A stretch of DNA of 64,000 nt, taken from positions 2,604,001 through 2,668,000 of the forward strand of contig OX337238.1 of NCBI GenBank assembly GCA_946965045.2, written 5' to 3'. Below the pieces are notes generated by a model, which was not told the DNA's origin, did no database searches, and saw nothing but the letters and a program-made list of their open reading frames with translations. Shown here one piece after another: positions 19,320 through 31,120 of this stretch. The stretch's first letter is position 1. Each line of letters opens with the position of its first letter. Origin of the DNA: Epithemia pelagica (lineage: Eukaryota > Protista > Bacillariophyta). The position numbers and the translations under genes were made by a program.

Positions 19320-19866
19320 TCCGAGAATCAAGATGACAGCCACTTCAATGTTCTCCTCACTTGTATCCAAAAGCCGACCCATGGTCGATGGAAGACGCCG
19401 ATGACGGCATGGACACTGTTCGCCGCAAGATCATAATTTTGCCGTAGTTGGGCGGCGGATACCACGACTCTTTCACCAGCAGCCGCCATTCTGGAGACGT
19501 CGTCACCTTCCCAATCGAAAACGACGACGATGATAACCAGAATCAAGAGAACGTTACTCAATCCTCCATCATTGCCTCCACTGAGGCCAAGCTTCCTCTC
19601 GAAATGAGCGTTCGTGGAATCTTTGCTGGAGTGGCTTTTTTCGTGGATGGTTTTGGACCCGTTCATCTGTCCAAGGCCATCCATCCGATGAAGGATACCA
19701 TGATCCATGATTGAAATCGCCGCCGTGGAGGTGCTGCCGTCTTTCGTTCCGGTTTTGGTACAAACGGTCCAGAATATTCAGTCCATTCGTTGAGTCCCAC
19801 ATTTCCGTATTTTCTGAGAGGTTTTGAGGAAAAAGACGAAGACTCCTTGGTGTTGCTGCAAGTACC
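19320..19866 (+). repeat. Kelch upstream spacer repeat (partial, inverted relative to the copies at 47.2, 55.9 and 59.8 kb)
   Basis: Near-identical by eye to the reverse complement of 47230-47790; 19222-19300 additionally duplicates 19634-19735. Confidence 0.85.
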
Positions 19867-21084
19867 ATGACGATGACACTGCAACGACAAGCAGAGCAAT
19901 CCGGGCTTTGCTTTCTGGACAGTGAAAATAACAGTAACGAGCCACATTGGAATACCAATGACTGGCCTCCCCTTTTAGGTGGGTGGCGTCAGTATCATGC
20001 TTCAGTCGTGCTCGACCATCCTGAACAGGATGACAGGGCACAGACGGTTGTTGTTTTGGGAGGACGCATACAAAATCAAGGCTTCACCAACTCAGTTCTG
20101 CTGATGAATTTAGCAGAAGAAACTAGGCGATGGCGGGAAGGACCGCCATTGAACGACAAGAGAGGACTTCATGCTGCGGTGGTTTGTGGCAGAGGAGTTT
20201 ACGTGATCGGAGGATGGAATGAAAGTTCACCATTGGATAAAATCGAACGGATTGATGTTGCAAAGCTTTGCTCAGAATCAATTGAAAGCTCTACCAGCAA
20301 CCAATGGACGACCCTGACTTGTCGATTGTCTACGAGAAGAAATGGATGTTCGGCTGTTGCCGTGCACAATCGCTATATTGTCGTGATCGGTGGATCCAAT
20401 AGAGACCCTTTGTCGACGGTTGACATAATCGATACAGCTGTGCCAAGCAACCACGCTGTTATTGCAGGGCCATCGATGACAGTTCCTCGTTGTGGTTGTG
20501 CAAGTGCTGTCATTGGTGATCGCATTTATGTTGTTGGAGGCTACAATAGGCACAATGAAGAAGTGCTCCAATCAGTGGAGTATTTGGAGTTTCATGATGC
20601 TTCGGGCAATGAGACAATGAACACAGCAAATACAGTGTTTCCATCCTCTTGCGGTTGGACAAGTCACAACGATCTTTCCGTCCCACGGTGGATGCATGGA
20701 GTTGTAGCTGTTGGATCCTGTCTGATTGTTTTGGGAGGTTTCACGGAGGCTTCCACTGCAGAAGTCTTGGATACTCGCCGAAATACTGTATGGACCCTTC
20801 CACGATCATCAGGGTTGCGTTTTGCCTGCTGTGCTGTGGTTCACTCGAAGGGAATTGCAGTGATTGGTGGAAGTGACAATGCTTCTTGTGAGACACTATC
20901 CTTGATTGACAAGAATTCACGGTGTTTTGGTCGACTCATGGAGCTCGCGCCGAGTACAATCTTTGGGTCAAGAACAAACTCACTGGGATTAGCATCGGAT
21001 TGTGCGAAAGAATTGAAGGAACCGAATGAGCGCCCCAAGAAGAAGTTAGCAACTGGCAAAAGTGCAACGGAGAAAGTGTCGTGA
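19867..21084 (+). CDS. Kelch-repeat beta-propeller protein K3 (405 aa, intact)
   Basis: Repeated V(Y/V)VIGG...S.VE..D...W Kelch units; family N-terminal QQSGL...DWPPLLGGWR and C-terminal DKNxxCFxRL. Confidence 0.92.
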   Translation: MTMTLQRQAEQSGLCFLDSENNSNEPHWNTNDWPPLLGGWRQYHASVVLDHPEQDDRAQTVVVLGGRIQNQGFTNSVLLMNLAEETRRWREGPPLNDKRGLHAAVVCGRGVYVIGGWNESSPLDKIERIDVAKLCSESIESSTSNQWTTLTCRLSTRRNGCSAVAVHNRYIVVIGGSNRDPLSTVDIIDTAVPSNHAVIAGPSMTVPRCGCASAVIGDRIYVVGGYNRHNEEVLQSVEYLEFHDASGNETMNTANTVFPSSCGWTSHNDLSVPRWMHGVVAVGSCLIVLGGFTEASTAEVLDTRRNTVWTLPRSSGLRFACCAVVHSKGIAVIGGSDNASCETLSLIDKNSRCFGRLMELAPSTIFGSRTNSLGLASDCAKELKEPNERPKKKLATGKSATEKVS

Positions 21085-22980
21085 GAAATATATGAATAGT
21101 AGGAATACTCGTCAGTCATGAGAATAATGAGTACTAGGTTTCGAACTGTGTTTTGTTCAATATACTGGGAGAAATGCACTTCGCGATAGTCACGCAAAAG
21201 AACGACAGCAAACATCGTTCGAATTCAGCTTAAGGCAATAACCAAGTGATTCTTCGTGCTGTTGCGACGATCTTGTGGCACAAGGAATGATCCATTCGGG
21301 CTATATAGAGCATACTTATGGCAGGTCATGCATCCACAAATCATCTCGATGTATCGATTCCGTCGCGGTCTTTGGCAACGATATGCGAGTATGTTGCAGT
21401 CTTTTGTGATACTCTCCGTCCATGTTCCCTTCTCTTTTGGTCATCTTAATCAAGAATGATCGCGTCACACCAACTCCATTACGCTACATATTTATGTCTT
21501 TTACCTTTGCGTGTTTTGTCTTTTGTCTTTTGCAAATTTGGTTTTGTGGGATGACCTCGATCTTCGATCGTCGGGCCGTCTCTCGTGCCGATCAGGCCGG
21601 CGCAATGAGCAAACTTAGGCGCACAAAAAAGCGATGGCTCTCATTTTTTGCTTTATCGATGCGAGCGACAATGATGGTACCCGGCCGGTACCCCTGCCAT
21701 CATCAGCATTCTGTTCGTGTGAAGAACCGGAGCCATGTACAACCTTGTGGAAAGCAGTGACGAAGAACGTTTCAGCAAGGTTTGAACGGAAGCTGGACTC
21801 TGGAATAGCCACAACAGAATGGACGGCTGGTTCGAAAATCAAACAAGAAAGAAGTCACCACGTTGACTGAGCTTTTTCAAGGGGGTCAGACGAAATCAAT
21901 CATGTCTGAAGAGGCATCCAATGGAAAATGGGTTGCCATCAGTCTTCCATTGCTCAAAAGGACGACATCGATTGCCTTCCGTCGAGGCAGACCACAACAC
22001 ACAAGTCTGGACAAGAGCCGATTTCTGACATTGCATCAGAATGTCTATTCAAGATCGTCATGTGGAAGTAAACGTTCTGGAATCCACCAAAGAGGGGGAA
22101 ATTTGGGTGATCGAACAGACATCTCATTTTTCTGCGCTCAACCAGCCCATTAACACAGCGTCGGAGATTCGATCAGTGATCCGTGACAAGAACAAGAGCG
22201 TGCTCCTACTCGTCTCCTATCTGGAATTGTTTCGTGCATCGAGCAATTGTACTCTACGATGCATCATATGATGAAGCGCATGTCTTCATTGCATCTTTTT
22301 GCCTGTTCCATTAACAACGGCGTTTCGGTGCCCTCGGCCAGGGCATGACAGGAATCAGTTTCGCATATCTTTCGAGTTGCCCGACCATATTTTCCGAGCT
22401 ATCCGACTACTCTAACAATACGGGCAACAAGATCATCAATGCCATATACCCTGTTACAAACGATCGGTCATTTTTGTTTCTTGTCGGAAGTGGATACCGT
22501 TGTCGGAACTGGATGCCGTAACGTCCATTGTTGCAACTCGGGACGACTTGCGCTTTGGATCCGACAATGTCATGGGAACGGGATACTGCACTTCACATGG
22601 ACTGCTTCATTGCATTGCATGGCTGCACGATTATCGACGGTCCCAACTTTGCCGTCATCTCTTGTGATGCATGCACAGCATTCCTTGGGAAAAATTGTGC
22701 TGTGGTGTTCGAAACAAGACACAGCGTTCCAAGCGCCAGTGATCATCAATCGGGACTTGCCCTAGGACATCATAGAGGACATCACTTTGCCCCGAAAGAT
22801 GATTCTGTTTTTTGTTTGAGCCGTTGATTGGCGTTGGTCCGTCCGTCGCTCGTCAATGAAGACCTCGTTTTGTTTCGGGTTTTGAGGAGAAGCATCAGTG
22901 GTCGTTTTGTTTCGGGTTTTGAGGAGAAGGATTAATATCTGAAGCTGCTGCCATAAAATCAACAAGGCTGTTTTGGAATC

Positions 22981-24198
22981 ATGACGACACTGCGGCAGCA
23001 AGCTCAGCAATCTGGTCTTACCTTTGTCGACAGTGACAATACCAGTGATGAGCCGCAATGGAATGAAAATGACTGGCCTCCCCTTTTGGATGGGATGCGG
23101 CCTTTCCATGCTTCAGTCGTGCTCGACAATCCCAAGCTGGATGACAGTGCGCAGACAGTTGTAGTTTTGGGAGGACACAAACAAGGTCAAGGCTACACCA
23201 ACTCAGTGTTGTTGTTGAGGTTGGCAAAAGAAAACTTGCAATGGCGGGAAGGACCGCCGTTGAACAACAGTAGAGCCTTACATGCTGCGGTGGTGTGCAA
23301 CGGAGGAGTTTATGTGATTGGAGGATACAATGGAAGCTCATGCTTGGATACTATTGAACGGCTTGATGTTGATAATTTGTGTTCAGAATCAATGGAAAGC
23401 TCTACCAGCAACCAATGGACGACCCTGAATTGTCGACTGTCTACGACAAGACAGGAATGTTCGGCTGTTACGGTCTATAATCGCTATATCGTCGTCATGG
23501 GTGGATACAATGGACAATCTTTGTCGTCGGTTGATATAATCGATACAGCTGTGGAAAGCAACCACACTGTGATTGCGGGACCATCCATGACAGTTCCTCG
23601 GTTTGGTTGTGCTAGTGCTGTCATTGGTCACCGTATCTTGGTTGTTGGAGGCGGCGAGGATGGAACAGATCTCAACTCAGAAGAGTATTTGGAGTTTCAT
23701 GATGCTTCGGGCAATGAGACAGTGAACACAGTTAATGCAGTGTTTCCCTCCTCTTGCCGTTGGACGTATCACCACGAGTTCTTCGCCGCAAACAGGAATC
23801 ATGCAGTTCTAGCTATTGGATCATGTCTGATTGTTATGGGCCGTTTCGCAAGTCCGACCATTCCAATTGTCTTCGATACTTGCCGAAATACGGTGTGGAC
23901 CCTTCCAGGATCATTATTGTCAGCTCATGGCTGCAGTGCTGTGGTTCACTCAAAGGGCATTGCTATGATCGGTGGATGTAACAATATCTTTGGATGCGGC
24001 AAGGCTCATTGTGCGACACTATCGTTGATTGACAAGAATACGTGGTGTTTTCGTCGACTCATCGAGCAGGGGCCGAGTACAATGTTTGGGTCAAGAAACA
24101 AAGCTGCTCCAGAACGTGCTACAGTATCGAATGAGTCCGATGAACACCCCGCCAAGTTAGCAACTGAAAACTTCTGCAACGAAGAATGTGTCGAGTGA
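22981..24198 (+). CDS. Kelch-repeat protein K4 (405 aa, intact)
   Basis: Same Kelch units and family motifs as K3. Confidence 0.92.
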   Translation: MTTLRQQAQQSGLTFVDSDNTSDEPQWNENDWPPLLDGMRPFHASVVLDNPKLDDSAQTVVVLGGHKQGQGYTNSVLLLRLAKENLQWREGPPLNNSRALHAAVVCNGGVYVIGGYNGSSCLDTIERLDVDNLCSESMESSTSNQWTTLNCRLSTTRQECSAVTVYNRYIVVMGGYNGQSLSSVDIIDTAVESNHTVIAGPSMTVPRFGCASAVIGHRILVVGGGEDGTDLNSEEYLEFHDASGNETVNTVNAVFPSSCRWTYHHEFFAANRNHAVLAIGSCLIVMGRFASPTIPIVFDTCRNTVWTLPGSLLSAHGCSAVVHSKGIAMIGGCNNIFGCGKAHCATLSLIDKNTWCFRRLIEQGPSTMFGSRNKAAPERATVSNESDEHPAKLATENFCNEECVE

Positions 24199-25472
24199 GA
24201 AATATAAATAGTAGTAGTACAACAACGTTATGAGAATGAGTACAAGGTTCCAAACTATCTGGTGTTCTACATACTGCGAGAAATGCACTTTGCGTGTCAC
24301 AGAAAAGAACGACAACAAACATTGTTCGAACTCACCATAAAGCAATCACCAAGTAATTCTTTGTGTTGGTTGTACAACTTTTCGGCATTCTGAACAATAC
24401 ATCCACGCGAGCAAAGAATGCCAGTCGGAATTCGGAATCCTCGAGTTTGCGCATTTCGTTACTTCTTGTAGAGTTTTTGTCCGATGGAACGATCAACGAG
24501 TCTTTTACATCCGTACCCTCTAAGGCTCCATCTACTTTGGTATTTTCCGTGGTCACGTGTGAACGAGAAACAATTCACGCGTCAGTCTCCTTTTCCTCGA
24601 GCGCCGCGCTTCATCTTTATTTTGCAGGTTCATTTTCGACAAGGATGAGAATGAGGCGCGATGACACATGGACTGGATGACGTATACAACATTTGTTATT
24701 GTTGTTAGCAGATTCACCGTACAAGTAAAGGTTGCAGCATTCTACACCGTGTTGATTGTGCGAAACATTTCTTGCAAGTTCGATCCAATTTTTTTGAGCT
24801 GGTCAACGGTCTTGCTTTGCATGGCCACACTGCGTTGCCGAAGCAGGTATGGTAAAAGTCCACGGAAAGGGTGAATTGTGTCCCCTGTATTCTGTGAGTT
24901 CCTCGTATGTGGAATGGCGTACAACGGTGCATGTCCGTGTCTGGTTGCGATGAATTACAGTGGAACCGAGCATGCCATGGAAAGACAACATTGGACAGCG
25001 CATCGACTGATTCATTGCATTCCTCGGCTGCACAATCAATAGCCATATGTATGTACGGACTTTCGTGCAACCGTCATCTCTGTTGTTGGATGGCCTCCAT
25101 TCGTGAGGTAATATATTGTGCTGCGATGTTAGAACTAGAGACAGCCAGTAACAGTATCTTCTGGTTCCAAGCAGCTGCGAACATGATCTTGGAGGCCGTC
25201 GAAAGATGAAGCGGTCCACCCGTCCGTCGTCCGTCATTTAACATTGAAGGCCACAGGATCGTTTTGTCTGGGGTTTTGAGGAGAATTACAAAATCTGGCA
25301 AGACACCATGTTTTGCACCAGTCACCCCGATTTACTCCCCCGCCTCATCCTCATGGCACAATTCATCCGGAGAACGCCCCACTCCTCTGCGAACTAACCG
25401 CTTAGGATCACAGTATCATAGAAAGTAACTTCTATCCGCTATGTAATGGTCAGAAGATTTTGTGGATCTACG

Positions 25473-26321
25473 TCTATCCTACGTAGCCCAGTACCAAAAG
25501 CCTGGTCATTTCTGGTCAATTTGGTCATTCCTGGTCAATTTTAGACGAGGCATGGCGTGCGCGGGCACGGACACTCAGGCATAAAAGTGACTGTCGCACG
25601 ACAACGTGAGCCGATCAGACCATCTCGCCGAGCCCCACCCATAAACAAGAACCCAAAATGCTATCTCTCGATTCTCATTTGTCTCATTTTCTTTCCGAAG
25701 AACAAAGAAAGCAAACCCTGGGGATGGATCCAATACATGCAACAATCAAACAAAGCTGTCAACACTCCTTTATAAGGTAGAAAATGAGGACATCCTGTTA
25801 CAAAGGATCCTGCATCCTGCATGGAAAAGCGAAAACTCTTGACCATCTATTCTACTTGGGATTGTAGCCTCTCGGCTTGGCTACCTACAAAAGATGGGCT
25901 AAGGTAGATCGTCACAGTTCATGCAATAAAATATGGATCCATCCACGTCCACAACAAGCTGGAATGTGTGAATTGGAAACTGGTAGCTTTTCCCTTTCCA
26001 GTTTCCAATCAATAGATATAGCTAATGCTACTGGTCGTCTCTAGCTAGGAGTACCTAGCTAGTTTATCCTTTACCTAGCTAGATGAGCCTAGTATAGGTA
26101 GCGATCCTGAGTCCCGTATCGTAGTACCGGAGTATACATACTCGTACTCGTAGGGGTCAGAGTCAGAATGGTTGGGACGGGATCCCAATCCCAGGTGGGG
26201 GGTAGATCGGCTTAAATAAAATCCCGCCTACGCGGAAAATGTCGGCGCGCTCTATAATGGCCTCTCCGACTCTAACCTAAAAAGTACAAAAAATTGACCA
26301 GAATTGACCATCGCCAGAATA
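25473..26321. mobile_element. Putative non-autonomous DNA transposon inserted upstream of K5
   Basis: 9-bp direct repeat GGATCTACG at 25464-25472 and 26322-26330; inverted subterminal arrays (C)TGGTCA(A/T)T on the left and AATTGACCA on the right. Lies in a ~1-kb block absent from paralogous Kelch upstream regions. Terminal inverted repeats are poor. Confidence 0.45.
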
Positions 26322-26392
26322 GGATCTACGCACAATCAAGAAGGATCATTCAGAGGTGCATTTGGTGTTGCCATAAAATCTACAAGTGAGAT

Positions 26393-27612
26393 ATGTTGAC
26401 ACTGCAACAGCAAGCACAGCAATCCGGGCTTACCTTTGTCGACAGTGACCATAACAATGATGTGCCGCAATGGAATGTCAATGACTGGCCTCCCCTTTTG
26501 GGTGGGTGGCGTCTGTGGCATGCTTCGGTAGTGCTTGACCATCCGGGTAAAGACAATCCACAGACGGTTGTAGTACTGGGAGGAGACAAACAAGGTCAAG
26601 GCTACTCTACTCAGTGTCGTTGTTGAGTTTGGCAGAACAAAACAACCAATGGCGAGAAGGACCGCCGTTGAACGAAAACAGAGGCTCACATGCTGCGGCG
26701 GCTTGTAACGGAGGAGTTTATGTGATTGGAGGATGGAATGGAAGTTCATGCTTGGACAGTATCGAACGAATAAATGTTGAAAATTTGCTGACAAGGTCAT
26801 CGGCAGTCTATACCAGAAACCAATGGACGACCTTGAATTGTAGATTGTCTACGAAGAAAGGGAAATGTTCAGCTGCTGCAATCTACAATCGTTACATTGT
26901 CGTCTTGGGTGGATACCGCGGAAAAGTAAATTATTTCTCCTCGCTTGACATAATTGATACAGCTGTACTAAGCAACCACACTGTGATTGTGGGACCATCC
27001 ATGACAGTTCCTCGGTGCAGTTGTGCTAGTGCTGTCATTGGCCACCGCATTTTTGTTGTTGGAGGCTACAATGGAAAAGATCTCACCTCGATGGAGTATT
27101 TGGAGTGTCATGATCCTTCGGACCAAGAGACAATGAACACAGCAAATACAGTGTTTCCATTCTCTTGCCGTTGGACGAGTCACGAGCTCGAGCTCTCCGT
27201 CCCACGGAGTGATCATGCAGCTGTAGCTGTTGGATCCTGTCTTCTGGTTCTGGGAGGTTACGCGACTAACGAAGAAGTCTTGGATACTCGCCGAAACACT
27301 GTGTGGACCATTCCACGATCAACAGGGTTACGTTATAGCTGCAGTGCTGTGGTTCACTCAAAAGGAATTGCTGTGATTGGGGGACGTCGCGATTCTTCTT
27401 GTGCAACACTTTCGTTGATTGACAAGAATACGTGGTGTTTTCGTCGACTCACTGAGCAGATGCGAAGTACAATCTCTGGGTTGAGAACAAATACACCGGG
27501 ATTAGCTCTGAAGCGTGCTACAGTATTGAAGGAGTCCGATGAGGGCCCTAAGAAGAAGTTAGCAACTGGCAAAACTAAAACGAAGAAAGTGTTAAGTGAG
27601 AAATATAAGTAG
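26393..27612 (+). pseudogene. Kelch gene K5, 1-bp frameshift at ~26606-26610
   Basis: MLTLQQQAQQSGL ORF stops at 26626 while Kelch repeats continue in another frame; TCTAC replaces the 6 nt of paralogs. Confidence 0.8.
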
Positions 27613-27771
27613 TATGAGTAAAACACAGTCATGAGAATGATTGACAGGCTTCGAATGGTTTGGTAATAATGACGGTATGAGATCTTTGCCCCCTCCTTGA
27701 TTTTCCGTATAACTCACTTCGGTTTGTTTATTGCCATAAAAGTTCACGTTCAAAGCCGAGGCCTAGCTAGG

Positions 27772-27890
27772 TAGACACCTGTGGCGTCTGAGACAGTCAG
27801 CACGACAAATTCTTGCAAGGAATCGCCGGCTTGTGCTGTTTGCAACGTTTGTGTGTCGGGAAAGACAAAGCGAAATTCCACACCCGTGAT
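27772..27890 (-). pseudogene. Degenerate 5' fragment of the alpha-arrestin gene (ATG->ACG)
   Basis: Reverse complement reads ATCACGGGTGTGGAATTTCGC...CAAGCCGGCGATTCCTTGCAAGAATTTGTCGTGCTG, matching 39661-39800. Confidence 0.8.
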
Positions 27891-28081
27891 GAAAGGTTAC
27901 TTGGTTTCGATGAAAGATGTCTTCCTCGTGAGATTGTGTTTGCGTGTGCGTGTGTCCAACTAAAAGAGAATCAATCTTTTGTACATGGTATCGACCATCA
28001 AAATACGGATCATATAATGAGCCTGTTCGTGTTTTTGTGCCATGCAGCACAACAGAGACGGGAATGATATACGGTTTTGGG

Positions 28082-31000
28082 TATAGGTATCAAGTTTCAT
28101 CGCCGAAGTTTCTCCGCCTAAACTTCGGCACCTAAGTTTCTCCGAAGTTTCATGACGCTGCTTTGGCCTTACCTAAGTTTCGGGTGGCCCTTTAAATATT
28201 TAGCCTATGTATTGAATCCTGTCTGTGAACGTTGGTGTCAACGTCCATATCTTCCGAGTGGTCTTTCGTGTGGATGTCCATTCTGCCAACCAAACATGAT
28301 CTGCCGTCTCGAATCGACAGGAACCATGTACCATGTACCCGCCTCCATCTTCATCCAACAACCAAACAAAAGTCGTGATTGCTGCTGTGGTGATCACTGA
28401 CGAGCATTGATAACCATCATGGACAACCTTACGGAGGTTGAGCAGGACGTTGGTACCTCCCCGTCATTTGCCAATATATCTCCATTGACAGACGACCAAC
28501 AGCAGATGTTGGAGGCGCAGACGAACCAAAACGATGTCAACGAGGTGGTTGCAGAGGATGTCGAAGAAGTGGCAGAAGTGCAAGTGCTGGTGGGAGCAAA
28601 GCGAAAGGTCAATCCTCCCAAAAAGAAGGCCAATCAACTTGTCCGAGATCAATTCAAGATCGGGCCAGACCCCAACCGACAGGGGTATCTGGCCGTTGTA
28701 TGCGTGCATTGTAAAGAGTTCCGATCCTGGAAAACATTCAACGCGAGTGTTGCCTCCAACCACATTATCCACAAGTGTCGTAAAGTTCCTGCAACCATCA
28801 AAGACAGTTGTGAAGACGCGACACAAGCTTCAAAGCGGGCCAAGAAGCAACTCGGGTTGATTGTTGGTGGTCCATTGAGTCAAGAGTCGTCGGCTTCTGT
28901 CAGCAACAGCAGTGGCAGTGGTGAGAATGTTGTCAGCAATGGTAGTAGTTCCCGTAAGGCTCCATCCACCATCACCACCACCAAGAAACAGTCTTCGTCA
29001 CAGCAATCATCCATGCTGCAGTTTGGCCACATTGTCAACGAAGTGACTGCAAACAAGGCAATCACAAAGTCCGTCGAAACGATGCTGGCACGTTTCGAAC
29101 CACTCAACAGGGTTAGTGACCCATTCTTCCAGGACGAGATGGTGTCACGTTGGGGAAAGGCTATTCTTCGACACCTTCCCAACCATCAGGATACTGTATA
29201 CAAGCGATTTGTTCTCCCCATTGATAGAAACTGTCGTGAGGAGCTGAAGCAAATGTTGCACAAGATTCAGGGTGGACTTACCATTGCTGCTGACGGTGTG
29301 ACAGCAAATGGTACGAGTACCATTCTGTACACAGTCTCCAAGGGTCCAGTCACTATGTTTTGTAGAGCCACGAGACTTCGAAACGAAGCACATGTGGCTG
29401 ATGCAGAGGTGGAGGACATGGTGGATTTTATGGAGACAGCACGTCGCGACTTTGATACATCAGTGGTTTGTGTTGCTTGTGACAACGCAGCCAACAATAT
29501 TGTTAAAGGAGCATGTGAGAAGTACAGAGAACGCAACAAATCAGAACCTAGTATTCTCCATAACCGAGACTGTGCACACTGCATTGATCTGGTGGCCAAA
29601 GATCTGGCAAAGGTTCCATGCATTGAGTCTGTCCTGACCGATGCTCAGTTACTCATGGAGTTTTCCACAACAGACAACATCGATGGCATCCGGCACGAGC
29701 TTGTGCGAACTGGAGAGCTCCCTCGGTCTTGTGGTCATGTGACCAATTACTCCGACACCAGATTCAACAAAGTCGGCATGACACTCATGTCTATAACCAA
29801 ACAGAGGCAGTTCTACGAGTGGTGCTGTAACAATCCACCTATGTTCATGCAGTACTACAATACGAGGAACAAGAAGCGTCAGGAGAAGCTTGATGCTGCT
29901 CTCCGATTGGTCAATCGCGATTTCTGGGCGAAGCTTCATGTCCTAACTCAACTATTCCAAGTCATTGAACATGGAACGAAGCTGGTATCAAGTGAGAAAT
30001 TCCCACTGTCAGCATACTACCCACTGGTTGTGGCAATGAGGAACGAGATTCACCAAGTCATGAAGAACAGTAGTGGAACACGATCTTTTGATTCTCTGTT
30101 TGCAGTGCCTGGGGCAAAAGAATCAATTTTGGACAGTATTGATGTCCGCTTCAACTTCGCTGGTGTCCAACCCAATGGAAGGAAAGTTGGGCTACTTGAC
30201 AAGTACCATGTGTGGGCGTATATTGTTGACCCATTCCGCCCAATGATCCCATTCCGTCCGTTGCTTCCCTCCCTTGCTCGTTCTGTCCGAGAAGCAATCG
30301 ACTTCTTTGTCCACGAGGATGGCTCAGCAACTCCAACAAACTCAGCAACTCCTCCTCCAGCTCCAGGTCCACCTCAATACAACCCAAACTATGACTATGG
30401 GGATGAAGATATTGCTGAGGTCCAACAAGCAATCCGTGAAATTGAGCGAGAATTGGAACCATCACAGAGCAACAAGACTGTTGTCGACAGGGAGCTTCGG
30501 TCGTACCTAGGTCGTTCTGGAGACTGGATTGACCTGTTCCACAAAGAAAAGGCACGGCCATCTATGGACAAGAATGCAGAAGAGTGTCAGCTGACCATTG
30601 AAATGGTTACCAAATGGCTCGAAGACACGGGATGGTATCAAGGACGGATGGAGTTCTTCAGCATAGCACCGTCCACAAAGGTGTTTCCATTGCTGATTGA
30701 ACCACTCCTATCTGTCAGGGCAACAGGGTCAATTTGTGTCGAGAGAGTTGCTAAACCTCTGAAAAATAATATTTGGAATAAACTTCGTGCATCGCTTGGC
30801 CAGGACAAGGCTGAGGTTTGCCTCAGGGTTGGGCTCAACCTACGGTATCTGCTGAACGTGCGGTCAAATATCCGCCAAGCAACCCATGAGCAATACCTTG
30901 ATTGTGATCTCTTTGGATCTGTGTAAGTCAATCAATGGTTTACCTTTGATATAGACGAGGACCTGTTGTGTTGTTGGTCTTTATTACGTCTTACGAAAAA

Positions 31001-31120
31001 ATGAGGGAAGGAGCCGTATTTCATAGCTACCTAAACTACCTAAACTTCAAAACCTAAGTTTCACCTAAACTTCTTTAGAAACTACACTAAAAATCTGAGT
31101 ACCTAAGTTTGATAGCTATA
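28082..31120 (+). mobile_element. hAT-superfamily DNA transposon, full length (3,039 bp)
   Basis: 8-bp TSD GTTTTGGG (28074-28081, 31121-31128); imperfect TIR TATAG(G/C)TATCAA (11/12); subterminal CCTAA(G/A)(T/C)TT repeats; uninterrupted paralogous sites near 39490-39510 and 51045-51065. Confidence 0.92.
28419..30926 (+). CDS. hAT transposase with BED zinc finger (~835 aa)
   Basis: VVCVHC...NHIIHKC (BED); LTIAADGVT and CDNAANN (catalytic Asps); RDCAHCIDL (CxxH); SDTRF; ICVERVAK...RASLGQDK (catalytic Glu and dimerisation domain). No stops. Confidence 0.9.
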   Translation: MDNLTEVEQDVGTSPSFANISPLTDDQQQMLEAQTNQNDVNEVVAEDVEEVAEVQVLVGAKRKVNPPKKKANQLVRDQFKIGPDPNRQGYLAVVCVHCKEFRSWKTFNASVASNHIIHKCRKVPATIKDSCEDATQASKRAKKQLGLIVGGPLSQESSASVSNSSGSGENVVSNGSSSRKAPSTITTTKKQSSSQQSSMLQFGHIVNEVTANKAITKSVETMLARFEPLNRVSDPFFQDEMVSRWGKAILRHLPNHQDTVYKRFVLPIDRNCREELKQMLHKIQGGLTIAADGVTANGTSTILYTVSKGPVTMFCRATRLRNEAHVADAEVEDMVDFMETARRDFDTSVVCVACDNAANNIVKGACEKYRERNKSEPSILHNRDCAHCIDLVAKDLAKVPCIESVLTDAQLLMEFSTTDNIDGIRHELVRTGELPRSCGHVTNYSDTRFNKVGMTLMSITKQRQFYEWCCNNPPMFMQYYNTRNKKRQEKLDAALRLVNRDFWAKLHVLTQLFQVIEHGTKLVSSEKFPLSAYYPLVVAMRNEIHQVMKNSSGTRSFDSLFAVPGAKESILDSIDVRFNFAGVQPNGRKVGLLDKYHVWAYIVDPFRPMIPFRPLLPSLARSVREAIDFFVHEDGSATPTNSATPPPAPGPPQYNPNYDYGDEDIAEVQQAIREIERELEPSQSNKTVVDRELRSYLGRSGDWIDLFHKEKARPSMDKNAEECQLTIEMVTKWLEDTGWYQGRMEFFSIAPSTKVFPLLIEPLLSVRATGSICVERVAKPLKNNIWNKLRASLGQDKAEVCLRVGLNLRYLLNVRSNIRQATHEQYLDCDLFGSV

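Noticed and set aside
28090-31110. Telomere-like CCTAAAC/CCTAAG repeats near 28.1 and 31.05 kb
   Set aside because: Dispersed, mixed orientation and confined to the hAT ends; these are subterminal transposase-binding repeats.
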